From an uncultured Gemmatimonadota bacterium (GTDB taxonomy: Bacteria > Gemmatimonadota > Gemmatimonadetes > Palauibacterales > Palauibacteraceae): a stretch of 64,000 bases of DNA. Below are positions 1 to 9,460 of this stretch, piece after piece (position 1 is the first letter of the stretch; the number at the start of each line of letters is the position of its first letter). The stretch is taken from contig CAZVIY010000011.1 in the NCBI GenBank assembly GCA_964627425.1, positions 7,763-71,762 of the forward strand, written 5' to 3'. The notes under the pieces are model-generated. The model saw only the letters and a list, made by a program, of their open reading frames with translations, was not told the origin of the DNA and did not search any database. The position numbers and the translations under genes are program-made.

Positions 1-2
1 TG

Positions 3-233
3 GCCCGGGGGCATGATCCGGCCGTCCTCCGCGTGGAGGTCCACGATGGATCCCGTGTCCTCCTCCGCCACCGCCCGAACCCATCTGTCGTTGAGCTCGG
101 CGATCCGCTCCTCGGCCTGCGCCACCGCCGCGCCCTCGGCCGTCGCCTGATCCGATCCTCCCTCCTCCGGCGGCTGCTGACAGCCCGCGAGGACCAGCAC
201 GCTCAGAATCGTTGCACCGGCGATCTTCCTCAT
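3..233 (-). CDS. Lipoprotein, DUF4440/SnoaL-like (NTF2 fold); partial, runs off window start
   Basis: Not in ORF track. ATG at 233 with AGGAG RBS; reads MRKIAGATILSVLVLAGCQQ (lipobox LAGC) ...ERIAELNDRWVRAVAEEDTGSIVDLHAEDGRIMPPG, typical of DUF4440 proteins. Confidence 0.75.
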   Translation of the reverse strand, partial: MRKIAGATILSVLVLAGCQQPPEEGGSDQATAEGAAVAQAEERIAELNDRWVRAVAEEDTGSIVDLHAEDGRIMPPG

Positions 234-338
234 GGCTCCTCTCCTGGGTTGTGGTGAGTCGTCCGACGACCGACGCCCGGTCCCCCCCGGGACCGAAGTC
301 AGCGTATCCCGCTCCCGGCGAAAGATCCCCGAAAGGTC

Positions 339-2123
339 CTAAGTGTACGGCTCCTCGCCCCCCGGATCCACCCGTTCCCTCTCCTGCTCCCGGTGCCGCT
401 CGTACGTCTCCTTCATCCCTGTCCCTTCGGCGCGGTCCCACTCCTCCAGGATGTCCAGGACGGCGTAGTGGGGGCTCATGTGGAACTGGTCGTCGTCCAT
501 CTCCTCGGCCAGGACCGAATCCCTGACCACGTCCCGCACCGCACCCTTGAGCCCGGCGAAGTGGATCTCCACGCCCCGATCCCGGAGCGTGTTCACCACG
601 TCCACCAGGGCGTCCACGGCGGTGCTGTCGAGATAGTTGATAGGGCTGCCGTCGATGATGACCGCACGGATGGGGCGGCCCGCCTGGCTGCGGTGGAGGA
701 TGTACTCCTTGAAGAAGTCCGCGTTGAAGAAGGAGAAGCCGGCCTCCACCCGGAGGATCAACAGCCCGGGGATCTGGTGGGCGTCGTCGAACCGTTCCAG
801 GTTGTGGAATCGGTGCGTGGCCGGCACGTGGCCCAGCTCGGCCACGTGGGGCCGGCTGAGCCGGTAGAGGATCTTCAGGACCGCGGCAGCCACACCCAGC
901 AGGATGCCCTCCTGGATACCGATGGCCAGCGTGGCCACGAAGGTGAACAGGGCCACCCACCCGTCGCTGGGCTTGGTGCGGAAGAGCGCACGCATCTCTC
1001 CCACGTCGATGAGCTCCAGCGCCGCCACGGCGATGATGGCGCCCAGGATCGGCATGGGCAGGTGTTCGAACGCCGGCGTCAGGAAGAGGAGCGTGAGCGC
1101 CACCACCCCCGCGGCCACGACGTTGGAGAGCGGCGTCTGCGCGCCGGCCCGCTCGTTCACCGTGGTCCGGGAGAAGCTGCCCGTGCTGGGGATCGCCTGG
1201 AAGAAGCCGCCCACCAGGTTCCCCACGCCGATCCCCAGGAGCTCCCGGTTGGCGTCGATGGTGTAACCGTGACGTGCGGCGAACACCCGGCCCAGGGAGA
1301 CCGCGCTCATGAACTGGACCAGCGCCAGGGTGACGATGGTGGGCCACAGGTCCACCAGGGCCCCCGGACCGGCGTCCGGGAGCTCCGGCGCCGGGAGCCC
1401 CGTGGGAACCGTGCCGACCACCGCGACCCCCGCCTCTTCCAGTCCCATGAGCCCCACCACGGCGGCCCCCAGGATCAGGACCACCAGCTCTGCCGGGACC
1501 ACCGGCTTCCATCGCTGGAAGCCGACCAGGATCAGGATCCCCGCGGCCCCCAGGAGGAGGGACGGGAGGTGGACCTGATGGAGCTGCGACGCCGCCTCCA
1601 GCACCACGAGATGGACGTGGCTGGCCCGGGCCAGCTCCAGGCCCAGCAGGTTGTCGATCTGGCTCACCCCGATGATGATGGCCGCCGCCATGGTGAACCC
1701 GACGATGACCGGCCGTGCCAGGAGGTTGGCCAGGAAGCCCAGGCCCACCATGCCCATGACCAGCTCCAGGAGCCCCACGGCGACGGTGAGCAGGAGGGCG
1801 AGCCCTACGTACTCCGGTGAGCCGGGAGCGGCCAGGGCTCCGACCCCGGCGGCGACGATGATCATGGGCACGGCGTTCACGCCCACCGCCAGGTGCCGGC
1901 AGCTGCCGAAGAGCGGATAGAGGAGGAGCGGAAGCAGGGATCCGTACAGGCCGTAGATGGGGGGCATCCCGGCCAGCACGGCGTAGGCCATCCCCTGGGG
2001 AACCAGTACCACCCCCACCGTGAGACCCGCCTGGGCGTCCCCCCTGGCCTCCTCCAGGGAATAGTCGGGGAGCCAGCGGGTGATGGGCAGCAGCGCCGAG
2101 GGGCTCAGCCAGCTGGACTTCAT
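339..2123 (-). CDS. SulP/SLC26 anion permease with C-terminal STAS domain
   Basis: GDAQAGLTVGVVLVPQGMAYA signature, ANRELLGIG, GSFSRT, STAS motif IDGSPINYLDSTA. Confidence 0.95.
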   Translation of the reverse strand: MKSSWLSPSALLPITRWLPDYSLEEARGDAQAGLTVGVVLVPQGMAYAVLAGMPPIYGLYGSLLPLLLYPLFGSCRHLAVGVNAVPMIIVAAGVGALAAPGSPEYVGLALLLTVAVGLLELVMGMVGLGFLANLLARPVIVGFTMAAAIIIGVSQIDNLLGLELARASHVHLVVLEAASQLHQVHLPSLLLGAAGILILVGFQRWKPVVPAELVVLILGAAVVGLMGLEEAGVAVVGTVPTGLPAPELPDAGPGALVDLWPTIVTLALVQFMSAVSLGRVFAARHGYTIDANRELLGIGVGNLVGGFFQAIPSTGSFSRTTVNERAGAQTPLSNVVAAGVVALTLLFLTPAFEHLPMPILGAIIAVAALELIDVGEMRALFRTKPSDGWVALFTFVATLAIGIQEGILLGVAAAVLKILYRLSRPHVAELGHVPATHRFHNLERFDDAHQIPGLLILRVEAGFSFFNADFFKEYILHRSQAGRPIRAVIIDGSPINYLDSTAVDALVDVVNTLRDRGVEIHFAGLKGAVRDVVRDSVLAEEMDDDQFHMSPHYAVLDILEEWDRAEGTGMKETYERHREQERERVDPGGEEPYT

Positions 2124-2407
2124 CCGCTCCTCCCGGAACGGTCCGCCGACCGGCTCGAAACCACGCCGGAGGCGCGACGGGAGCAGTACCGTCCGTGCTG
2201 AGGGAACGCGGGAGAGGCCATCATGGCCATCCTACTCCGGGGAGACACGCTCGTTTCTCCGCTTCCATGTCGGCTCCTCTGCCCCTCGACGCAAGGGCGC
2301 GTCCGGTCCGAGCGGGTACCCCTGGGAACCGCACGGCTGGATTCCATGTCGATGGTCGCCGCAGTATAGAGGGGCGCCGTCTCGTCGACCCTCGAGCCTC
2401 CAGGCGG

Positions 2408-3166
2408 ATGACCGAAGCCGATCGATCCCATTCCGGGTCCGGGCCATCCGGATCCGATTCCACCGGGGAGGACCCGCGGACCGAGCCCCTACCCTCCTCG
2501 GTGGGATCCGAGCCGAGCCTGGAGGCCGTCCTGCGCCCCTTCCCCCACGCCCGGGCTCGCGGCGGCTGGCTCGATCGCCTCCTGCTCCACGGCCGACGGC
2601 TCATGGACGGGATCGGACGACCGTTCACCGGGCGGAACATGGACCGTCCCCATCCTCGCCTCCTGTCCGCCGCGGCCCAGGAGATCCTCCGCGCGTTCCG
2701 CGAGCCCGTCAGCGTGGAGACCGGCTCCATGGGAGCCGCCGGCGAGGGAACGGAGAGCACGGCGTCGCTGGCCTCCGTCCTTCGGGGCCAGGGCCGGTTC
2801 TATTCCCTCGAGTCCGACGAGGAGCGCATCGAGTCCTGTCGCCGGGCCTGCGGAGGCCTGAACCAGTGGGTCCGGTATCAGCAGGGCGACCCCGAGGTCA
2901 CACTCCGGCGGCTCCGGGACGAGGGAGAGCTGGAGCGCGTCCACCTCGCCTTCCTCCCGGCTCCGGATCACGACGGAGGATCCTCCGGGATCTACGACCT
3001 CCTGGAGGATCTCATGGTTCCCGGTTCCCTCCTCGTGGTGGACCAGGCCCTCCACCGCCAGGGTCGAGGCGAGGGGGTGCGGGAGCGTCTGCTCTCTCAA
3101 CCGGACTGGGACGTCCGGCTCCTGCTCGCCGGGCGCGGCGTCCTGGTGGCCCAGCGGCGGAGCTGA
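2408..3166 (+). CDS. Divergent class I SAM-dependent methyltransferase-like protein
   Basis: Likely start MTEADRS at 2408, in frame with ORF 2195-3166. VSVETGS resembles motif I; GRFYSLESDEERIESCRR and PGSLLVVD match Methyltransf_24-like elements. Confidence 0.5.
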   Translation: MTEADRSHSGSGPSGSDSTGEDPRTEPLPSSVGSEPSLEAVLRPFPHARARGGWLDRLLLHGRRLMDGIGRPFTGRNMDRPHPRLLSAAAQEILRAFREPVSVETGSMGAAGEGTESTASLASVLRGQGRFYSLESDEERIESCRRACGGLNQWVRYQQGDPEVTLRRLRDEGELERVHLAFLPAPDHDGGSSGIYDLLEDLMVPGSLLVVDQALHRQGRGEGVRERLLSQPDWDVRLLLAGRGVLVAQRRS

Positions 3167-3178
3167 GACCTCCGTAGC

Positions 3179-4201
3179 GTGCTCCGACTCGACGGCTCCC
3201 GCGGCGAGGGGGGCGGTCAGATCCTGCGGACGGCCCTCTCCGTCTCCGCGTCCACGGGGCGTCCGTTCTCCATGGACGGGATCCGGGCCGGGCGGGACCG
3301 GCCCGGCCTCCGGGCCCAGCACCTCACCGCGCTCCGGGCCACCGCGGAGGTATGCGGCGCGAGGGTGGCGGGCGACGAGATCGGGAGCCGGGAGGTCCGG
3401 TTCCGGCCGGGGCCGGTCCGTCCCGGACGGTACAGGTTCCGCGTCGGCGGAGCCGGGAGCGCGGTACTCGTGCTCCAGACCGTCCTCCCACCCCTCCTGG
3501 GCGCCGGGGACGAGAGCACGGTGGACGTGCACGGCGGGACCCACAATCCGTGGGCCCCGCCCTACGAGTTCCTCGAGCGGTGCCTGATCCCCCTCCTGAA
3601 CCGGGATACGGAACGGGTGCGGTCCATCCTCGTACGGCCGGGATTCCACCCGGCGGGAGGCGGACACCTCCGGGTCCGGGTGACCCCCGGGAGCCCCCCG
3701 TCCCCCCTGGAGCTCGTCTCTCGCGGTCCGGTCCGGGCCTGTCGCGCGCGAGCGGTGGTCTCGGATCTCCCCGTCCACATCGCCGAGCGGGAGGTCTCCA
3801 CCGCCCACGCCTTCTTGGACCTCCGTCCCGACGCCATGGAGATCGTGGAGATCGAGGATCCGCGGGGGCCCGGGAACGTGATCATGATCGAGGTGGTCCT
3901 GTCCACTCACTCCGAGGTGTTCACCGGGTTCGGCCGCAGAGGAGTGCCCGCCGAGGAGGTGGCGCTGGAAGCGTGTCGCGAAGCCCGGAGCTTTCTCGAC
4001 GCCGACGCTCCCGTCGGCCCCTATCTGGCGGACCAGCTCCTGACCCCGCTGGCACTGAAGGGTGGCGGGACCTACCGGGCCACCGGGATCACGTCCCACG
4101 CACGCAGCACGGCAGCCCTCGTCGAGGAGATGACCTGCTGCCGGATCGAGATCGAAGGGTCACCCTCCGGAGAGACGGTGCATCTCATTGGTGACCACTG
4201 A
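3179..4201 (+). CDS. rtcA: RNA 3'-terminal phosphate cyclase
   Basis: LDGSRGEGGGQILRTAL, RPGLRAQHL, GGTHNPWAPP, YLADQLL, ITSH (adenylated His region). Confidence 0.95.
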   Translation: MLRLDGSRGEGGGQILRTALSVSASTGRPFSMDGIRAGRDRPGLRAQHLTALRATAEVCGARVAGDEIGSREVRFRPGPVRPGRYRFRVGGAGSAVLVLQTVLPPLLGAGDESTVDVHGGTHNPWAPPYEFLERCLIPLLNRDTERVRSILVRPGFHPAGGGHLRVRVTPGSPPSPLELVSRGPVRACRARAVVSDLPVHIAEREVSTAHAFLDLRPDAMEIVEIEDPRGPGNVIMIEVVLSTHSEVFTGFGRRGVPAEEVALEACREARSFLDADAPVGPYLADQLLTPLALKGGGTYRATGITSHARSTAALVEEMTCCRIEIEGSPSGETVHLIGDH

Positions 4202-4240
4202 TATGTATCGCTTCACCTCACCTATGGGATAACGAACCCA

Positions 4241-5461
4241 TCAGCCGGTCTCGCCCGGCCGGAGCACCGTGGCCAGCGACGGCTCTTCCTCGTGTCCCGG
4301 CGGCGGCTCCAGGCCCAGCGCCGAGACGAGGGCCACGGCCACCAGCCCGGCACCCACCAGAAACGGGCTCCCGATGGCCAACCGCTCGAAGAGGACGCCG
4401 GCCCAGATGGGCCCCATGACCCGCCCCAGCCCCCCCACGATCTGGCTCCCCCCGAGGATCGAACCCTGGGAATGCCGGTCGGTGGTCCGGGAGACCATGC
4501 TGGCCAGCGACGGGAACAGGATGCCCGTGGCCAGGGCCCAGAGGGGGACCACGGCGCCGAGCCACCAGCGGTTCGGGATCACCGCCAGCGACGCGAGGGT
4601 GAGACAGAGGAGCAGGGCACCGGCCCGGACCAGGCGGTGCTCGCCCAGCTTCCGCGCCAGCCAGCCCACCATCCCCCCGCGGACCAGAACGGTGCATCCC
4701 CCGGCCAGCGTGAAGACCACCCCCATGTCGCTGGCGTCCATGCCGAACACCCGCTCCACGTAGAGGGCCAGGACGGCCGTCATGGCGGTGAACGAGGTGA
4801 TGGACAGGAAGTAGATCCCCAGCAGCTTCCGGAGCCGGGGCGCCAGCAGGCTCTCCAGCCACGAGCGCAGCGTGGCCGCCTCGCTGGCTTTCGTCGCTTC
4901 CCGCCGGCTCTCCTCGGAGAACGACTCCGGCAGGAAAAACAGAGCGGCGATTCCGTTCAGCCCACAGAGACCGGCCGCCACCCACCCCGGAACGCCCAGC
5001 CCCCACTGGCTGAAGAACCCGCCGATGGCCGGCCCCACCATCACGCCGATGCCCGACGCGGCCCCCAGGAGCCCCAGTCCGTGTGCGCGGTCTTTCTCCT
5101 CGGTGGAATCGGCCACGTAGGCCTGGGCCACGGAGATGGTCCCACCGGCGGCCCCCGCCGCGACCCGGCTCAGCAGGAGCACCAGGAGCGTCTCGGCCAC
5201 GGCGAACAGCACGTAGGAGGCGGCCGAGGCGAACAGTCCGGCGATGATCAGCGGACGGCGCCCACGTCGGTCCGAGACCCTCCCCCAGACCGGCGCCGCG
5301 GCGAGCTGCGCGGCGGAGAAGGAGGCGATGACCACCGTGACCATGAAGGGGCTCGCCCCCATGTCCTCCGCGTAGAACGGCAGGAGGGGCAGCACGATGC
5401 CGAACCCCACCATGTCCACCAGGACCGTGGCGAAGAGGATCGCCATCCGGCCTTTCTTCAT
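4241..5461 (-). CDS. MFS transporter, TetA/DHA1-like
   Basis: LVDMVGFGIVLPLLP, GRVSDRRGRRP (motif A), VAQAYVADST, about 12 hydrophobic segments. Confidence 0.93.
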   Translation of the reverse strand: MKKGRMAILFATVLVDMVGFGIVLPLLPFYAEDMGASPFMVTVVIASFSAAQLAAAPVWGRVSDRRGRRPLIIAGLFASAASYVLFAVAETLLVLLLSRVAAGAAGGTISVAQAYVADSTEEKDRAHGLGLLGAASGIGVMVGPAIGGFFSQWGLGVPGWVAAGLCGLNGIAALFFLPESFSEESRREATKASEAATLRSWLESLLAPRLRKLLGIYFLSITSFTAMTAVLALYVERVFGMDASDMGVVFTLAGGCTVLVRGGMVGWLARKLGEHRLVRAGALLLCLTLASLAVIPNRWWLGAVVPLWALATGILFPSLASMVSRTTDRHSQGSILGGSQIVGGLGRVMGPIWAGVLFERLAIGSPFLVGAGLVAVALVSALGLEPPPGHEEEPSLATVLRPGETG

Positions 5462-5669
5462 GGCGCTCGTCCCGGGCCGACCTCTCTCTTCAGGTGCCTG
5501 GCGGAGGACTGGTCGGCCATTCGGACGTGAAGATTACCGGGTCCGGGTCAGGGTGAGGGTGAGAGGTCCCGGGGACCGGCCGAGAAAGAATCGGGCCGCG
5601 CCCGGAGGACGGAGATCCCGGGCCGGCCCGAGGAGGCGGCCCGAGGGGTGTGACGCGAAGGCTTCCGGC

Positions 5670-6317
5670 TCAGCCTACGATCTTGTCGTGGAGGCGGAAC
5701 CTGATGGGGATCGTGCTGCCGTTGTTGAACTTCGGAGGCTGTGCTCTGCCACCACCCTGACCGAGCTCGACGACCACGCCCCCGCTGGAGCTACCGTCGA
5801 GGCGGACATCGATGAGGTAGTACCCATCCTCCAGCCCATCGTCGGCCTTCCCTTTGGCCTTACCCGGACCGCCGTCGTCTTCACCCGTATGCCAGTTCGC
5901 ATGGTAGTGATCGGCGGTGACCTTCACGCAGTCGTTGGGGTTTCCGCATCCAGAGGGAAAGTACTCCACCTGCCCACCGGTCCCGGCGTCATCGCAGCTC
6001 GAGACGCTCTCGGGGCTCACGCCCTCGTCCAGCGGGCCGCAGATCTCGACCTCGGGCTGGTGGCCCGTATGGGCCGCGCCGTCGGAGTCGTTGCGGGCGA
6101 TCGGGGGAAGGAAGACGGCCCGGCACTCGGACTCGGTGGTCTCGGGACACGGATGGACGGTGGCCGGTGCCGCCTCCACGGGAGCCGGGGCGCCGGAAAC
6201 GGTCGTTCCGGCGGCGCTCGAGGCCGGCACCGGAGCCTGGAAGAGGCCCGGAGCCAGCGCCAGGGCGGCGGCGGTCAGGCCGGCCAGGGTCGTACCGACG
6301 ATGTCCCGGATCAGCAT
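5670..6317 (-). CDS. Secreted hypothetical protein with a PxKF-like C-terminal motif
   Basis: AGGAGG RBS, signal-like N-terminus, six Cys, YHANWHT and PPKFNNGSTIPIRFRL. Confidence 0.65.
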   Translation of the reverse strand: MLIRDIVGTTLAGLTAAALALAPGLFQAPVPASSAAGTTVSGAPAPVEAAPATVHPCPETTESECRAVFLPPIARNDSDGAAHTGHQPEVEICGPLDEGVSPESVSSCDDAGTGGQVEYFPSGCGNPNDCVKVTADHYHANWHTGEDDGGPGKAKGKADDGLEDGYYLIDVRLDGSSSGGVVVELGQGGGRAQPPKFNNGSTIPIRFRLHDKIVG

Positions 6318-6441
6318 GGCGTGTCCTCCTCGGGGGCGTCAGCCGTCGTGACCGGGGCGCGGTCCGATGCGGCCGACCCCGGACTCGGATACCGGGCAAT
6401 ATACCCCGGCGGGGCCGAATGTTGCGAGCGTGGGAGCCGCG

Positions 6442-7065
6442 CTATCCGGCGTCTTCGGCCGCCAGCTGCTCGATCCGGTCCACGAGCATGTCCAGCGCCA
6501 CACGGTTGAAGCCCCCTTCGGGAACGATGACGTCGGCGTGTCGCTTGCTGGGCTCCACGAATTCCAGGTGCATGGGCCGTACCTCCTCGAGGTACTGGGA
6601 GACCACCGATTCCAGCGACCGCCCGCGGTCCTCCAGATCGCGCCGGAGACGTCGGATGAAGCGGATGTCGGCGGCGGTGTCCACGTAGATCTTCACGTCC
6701 ATGGCCTGGCGGAGGGCGTCCTCCGCCAGGACCAGGATCCCCTCCACCAGCAGGACGGGACGCGGCTCCACCGTCACCGTCTCCTCCCCCCGCACGTGGC
6801 GGGTGAAGTCGTAGGTGGGGATCTCCACGGACTCGCCCTCCTGCAGGCGACCCAGGTGCTCCACCAGGAGCTCCGTCTCCAGGGCGTCGGGATGGTCGAA
6901 GTTGATCCGGTCCCGCTCCGGCGGCGGGAGGTGGCTCCGGTCCCGGTAGTAGGCGTCGTGCTGGAGGTAGGCGATCTTCTCCCGGCCCACCCTGTCCACC
7001 AGGGCACGGGACACCGTGGTCTTGCCGGAGCCCGTACCGCCCGCCACTCCGATGATCACCGACAT
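6442..7065 (-). CDS. udk: Uridine kinase
   Basis: Start corrected to MSVIIGVAGGTGSGKTT (Walker A); HDAYY, NFDHPDA, LLVEGIL, RFIRRLRRD, FVEPSKRHAD. Confidence 0.95.
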   Translation of the reverse strand: MSVIIGVAGGTGSGKTTVSRALVDRVGREKIAYLQHDAYYRDRSHLPPPERDRINFDHPDALETELLVEHLGRLQEGESVEIPTYDFTRHVRGEETVTVEPRPVLLVEGILVLAEDALRQAMDVKIYVDTAADIRFIRRLRRDLEDRGRSLESVVSQYLEEVRPMHLEFVEPSKRHADVIVPEGGFNRVALDMLVDRIEQLAAEDAG

Positions 7066-7303
7066 GAGCCGAGCCCGCTCCTCTCGCAGGATGGAAGATC
7101 CGCCACAGACCCCCTTCATCTGCCATGCCGCCGGAGAGTCCCCACCGCATCCCGGAGCCAGCGACGGGAGCTCCGGCGTCGCACGCCGCTTGCACCGTTT
7201 CGGGACGCCCCCGTCTCCGGCGTACCCTCGACCCGGACGAGCCCGGCCGGAGGGGGGCCTGGCCCGTGACCTCCAGCGAGCACCGACGGACGGTGGCGAC
7301 GGG

Positions 7304-8269
7304 ATGTCCGCACTCACCGGCGACCCATCGAGCGGAGACCGGCCCCGCGGGGGGAGCGCCTCCCTCCCGGTGGTCTGGTCGCCCCACTACGAGATGGACC
7401 TGGGCCGGCACGTCTTCCCCACCGAGAAGTACCGCCTCGTCCACGCCCGCCTCGTGGAGGAAGGGGTGATCCTGGAACGGCACGTCCACCGCCCCGAGCC
7501 CGTCGCGTGGGAGCACCTCCGGCTGGTCCACACCGAGGCCTACCTGGAGAAGCTCCGTGGCGGGTCGTTCGCCCCGGCGGAGGTGTGGCGGATGGAGCTC
7601 CCCTTCTCCCCGGAGGTGCGGGAGGCCTTCCGGATCTGCTGCGGCGGGTCGATCCTCGCCGGGGAGCTGGCACTGGACCGGGGCCTGTCGATCCACCTGG
7701 GAGGCGGGTTCCACCACGCGTTCCCCGACCACGGAGAAGGCTTCTGCCTGCTGAACGACGTCGCCGTCGCCGTCCGGACGCTTCGGTCGACGGGACGCCT
7801 CCGGCGGGCGGCGGTGGTGGACTGTGACGTGCACCACGGCAACGGCACGGCGGCCATCTTCCGGTCGGATCCCGACACCTACACCCTCTCGCTCCATCAG
7901 TCCGACCTCTACCCGGCCCGGAAGCCGCGGGGCGACCTGGACGTGGGGTTGCCGTCGGGGACCGGGGACCGGCGGTACCTCCGCGCCCTGGAGGACGCAC
8001 TGGAGGAGATGTCCGGCGCCTTCGACCCGGAGCTGATCCTCTATCTGGCCGGAGCGGACCCGTACCGTCGGGATCAGCTCGGCGGAGTGGGGCTCACCCG
8101 GGAAGGCCTGGCTCGCCGGGACCGGACGGTGCTGGGTCGGGCCCGGGAGGCCGGCATCCCGGTGGTGATCCTGCTCGCCGGCGGCTACGCTCACCGCCTG
8201 GAAGACACGGTGGAAATCCACGCCCGGACGGCCCGGGTCGCGCGTCGCCTCCTCGACGAGCTCTCCTGA
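7304..8269 (+). CDS. Zn-dependent histone deacetylase family protein (AcuC-like)
   Basis: Start corrected to about 7304. HVFPTEKY, GGGFHHA, GFCLLND, DCDVHHGNGT, AGADPY, LAGGY. Confidence 0.93.
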   Translation: MSALTGDPSSGDRPRGGSASLPVVWSPHYEMDLGRHVFPTEKYRLVHARLVEEGVILERHVHRPEPVAWEHLRLVHTEAYLEKLRGGSFAPAEVWRMELPFSPEVREAFRICCGGSILAGELALDRGLSIHLGGGFHHAFPDHGEGFCLLNDVAVAVRTLRSTGRLRRAAVVDCDVHHGNGTAAIFRSDPDTYTLSLHQSDLYPARKPRGDLDVGLPSGTGDRRYLRALEDALEEMSGAFDPELILYLAGADPYRRDQLGGVGLTREGLARRDRTVLGRAREAGIPVVILLAGGYAHRLEDTVEIHARTARVARRLLDELS

Positions 8270-8288
8270 ACGCAACCAGGAGGACCGG

Positions 8289-8876
8289 ATGGTCCGACTC
8301 CACGACATCATGACCGTCGACCCCCTCACCATCGACCCGCAGGCCACGCTCCGGGAGGCGGCCGAGCTCCTCGCCGCGGAGCACGTCTCGGGGCTCCCGG
8401 TGGTCTCCGGTTCCGAGCTGGTCGGGGTGATCTCGGCCACCGACCTCATGCACTTCGACGCCGATCGGCAGGCGCCCGTCCGTGGTCCGGAGGAAGCGGG
8501 GACGTCGGAGTGGACGCTGGCCGAGGACATGGGCCTTGAGACCCGGGGACTCGAGCCGGCGGCCGACGAGGACGAGCCGGCCGCCGCCTACTTCACGGAG
8601 ATCGGTGGCGGCGGCACCGCGGACCTGTACGAGCGGTTCGGCCTCTCTCCCGAAGGGGACGGGGGTCGACATGACCTGGAGGAGGTCCGGGTGGGAGAGA
8701 TCATGACCCCCGAGGTGCTGACCCTTCCCCCCGACACGGAGGCCAGCGAGGCCGCCCGGCGGATGCTCCGGGCCGACGTGCACCGGGTCCTGGTGGTGGA
8801 GGACGGGAAGCTCCTGGGCGTGGTGAGCACGACCGACATGATGAAGGCGGTGGCCCAGTACGGACTGGGCGGCTGA
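8289..8876 (+). CDS. Tandem CBS-domain protein
   Basis: AGGAGG RBS; two CBS repeats (DIMTVDPLTI..GLPVV..GVISATD and EIMTPEVLT..HRVLVV..GVVSTTD). Confidence 0.9.
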   Translation: MVRLHDIMTVDPLTIDPQATLREAAELLAAEHVSGLPVVSGSELVGVISATDLMHFDADRQAPVRGPEEAGTSEWTLAEDMGLETRGLEPAADEDEPAAAYFTEIGGGGTADLYERFGLSPEGDGGRHDLEEVRVGEIMTPEVLTLPPDTEASEAARRMLRADVHRVLVVEDGKLLGVVSTTDMMKAVAQYGLGG

Positions 8877-8912
8877 GGCCGGGGGCGCGGGACTCCGTTC
8901 CGGGAGCCCCCC

Positions 8913-9371
8913 TCAGTAGATCTCCCAGCAGCCCGGCGTCACCAGCTCCACCACGTGCCCGTCGGGGTCACGGAAGTAGAGGCTCTCCCCTCCCCTCGGC
9001 CACCGTACGCGGCTCTCCACGTCCACGCCCCGCCGATCCAGGCGCCCCGACCAGGCCGGGAGCGTGTCCTCCGGGACGGCGAAGGCAAGGTGGATCTCCC
9101 CGCGGGCGTCGCTCCCGGGAATCGTCCCCCCGGGGATCTCCACGTCCGCCGCCGACGCACCGCGTGCCAGCAGCAGGAGGACGTTCCGATCCCGGACGCT
9201 GAGCGCCCGGAGCCGCTCGTCCCTCACCAGCGGCTCGAAGCCGAACATCTCCCGGTAGAACCGCTCCGACCGGTCCAGGTCCTCCACGTACAGGGCCGTC
9301 TCGAGGATCCCCTCGACCTCGGGCTCCACGGGTCCTCCCCTGTTCAGGATGGCATTCCCGCCGTCCTTCAC
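8913..9371 (-). CDS. VOC/glyoxalase family protein
   Basis: LETALYVEDLDRSERFY, HLAFAV, ESLYFRDPDGHVVEL; true start may be GTG at 9329. Confidence 0.9.
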   Translation of the reverse strand: MKDGGNAILNRGGPVEPEVEGILETALYVEDLDRSERFYREMFGFEPLVRDERLRALSVRDRNVLLLLARGASAADVEIPGGTIPGSDARGEIHLAFAVPEDTLPAWSGRLDRRGVDVESRVRWPRGGESLYFRDPDGHVVELVTPGCWEIY

Positions 9372-9460
9372 CCATCATTGGCCCGAGCCTCCGCCGGGGC
9401 CAGCCCCCGGCCTCCGCGGGCGGTCGATGACGAAGCGTCAACCAGCCAGGAGCACCGGAC

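Noticed and set aside
33-257. Plus-strand 74-aa ORF
   Set aside because: Antisense shadow of a minus-strand lipoprotein gene with a clear RBS and lipobox
5537-5575. GGGTCA/GGGTGA short repeats after the MFS start
   Set aside because: Too short and degenerate; low-complexity intergenic sequence
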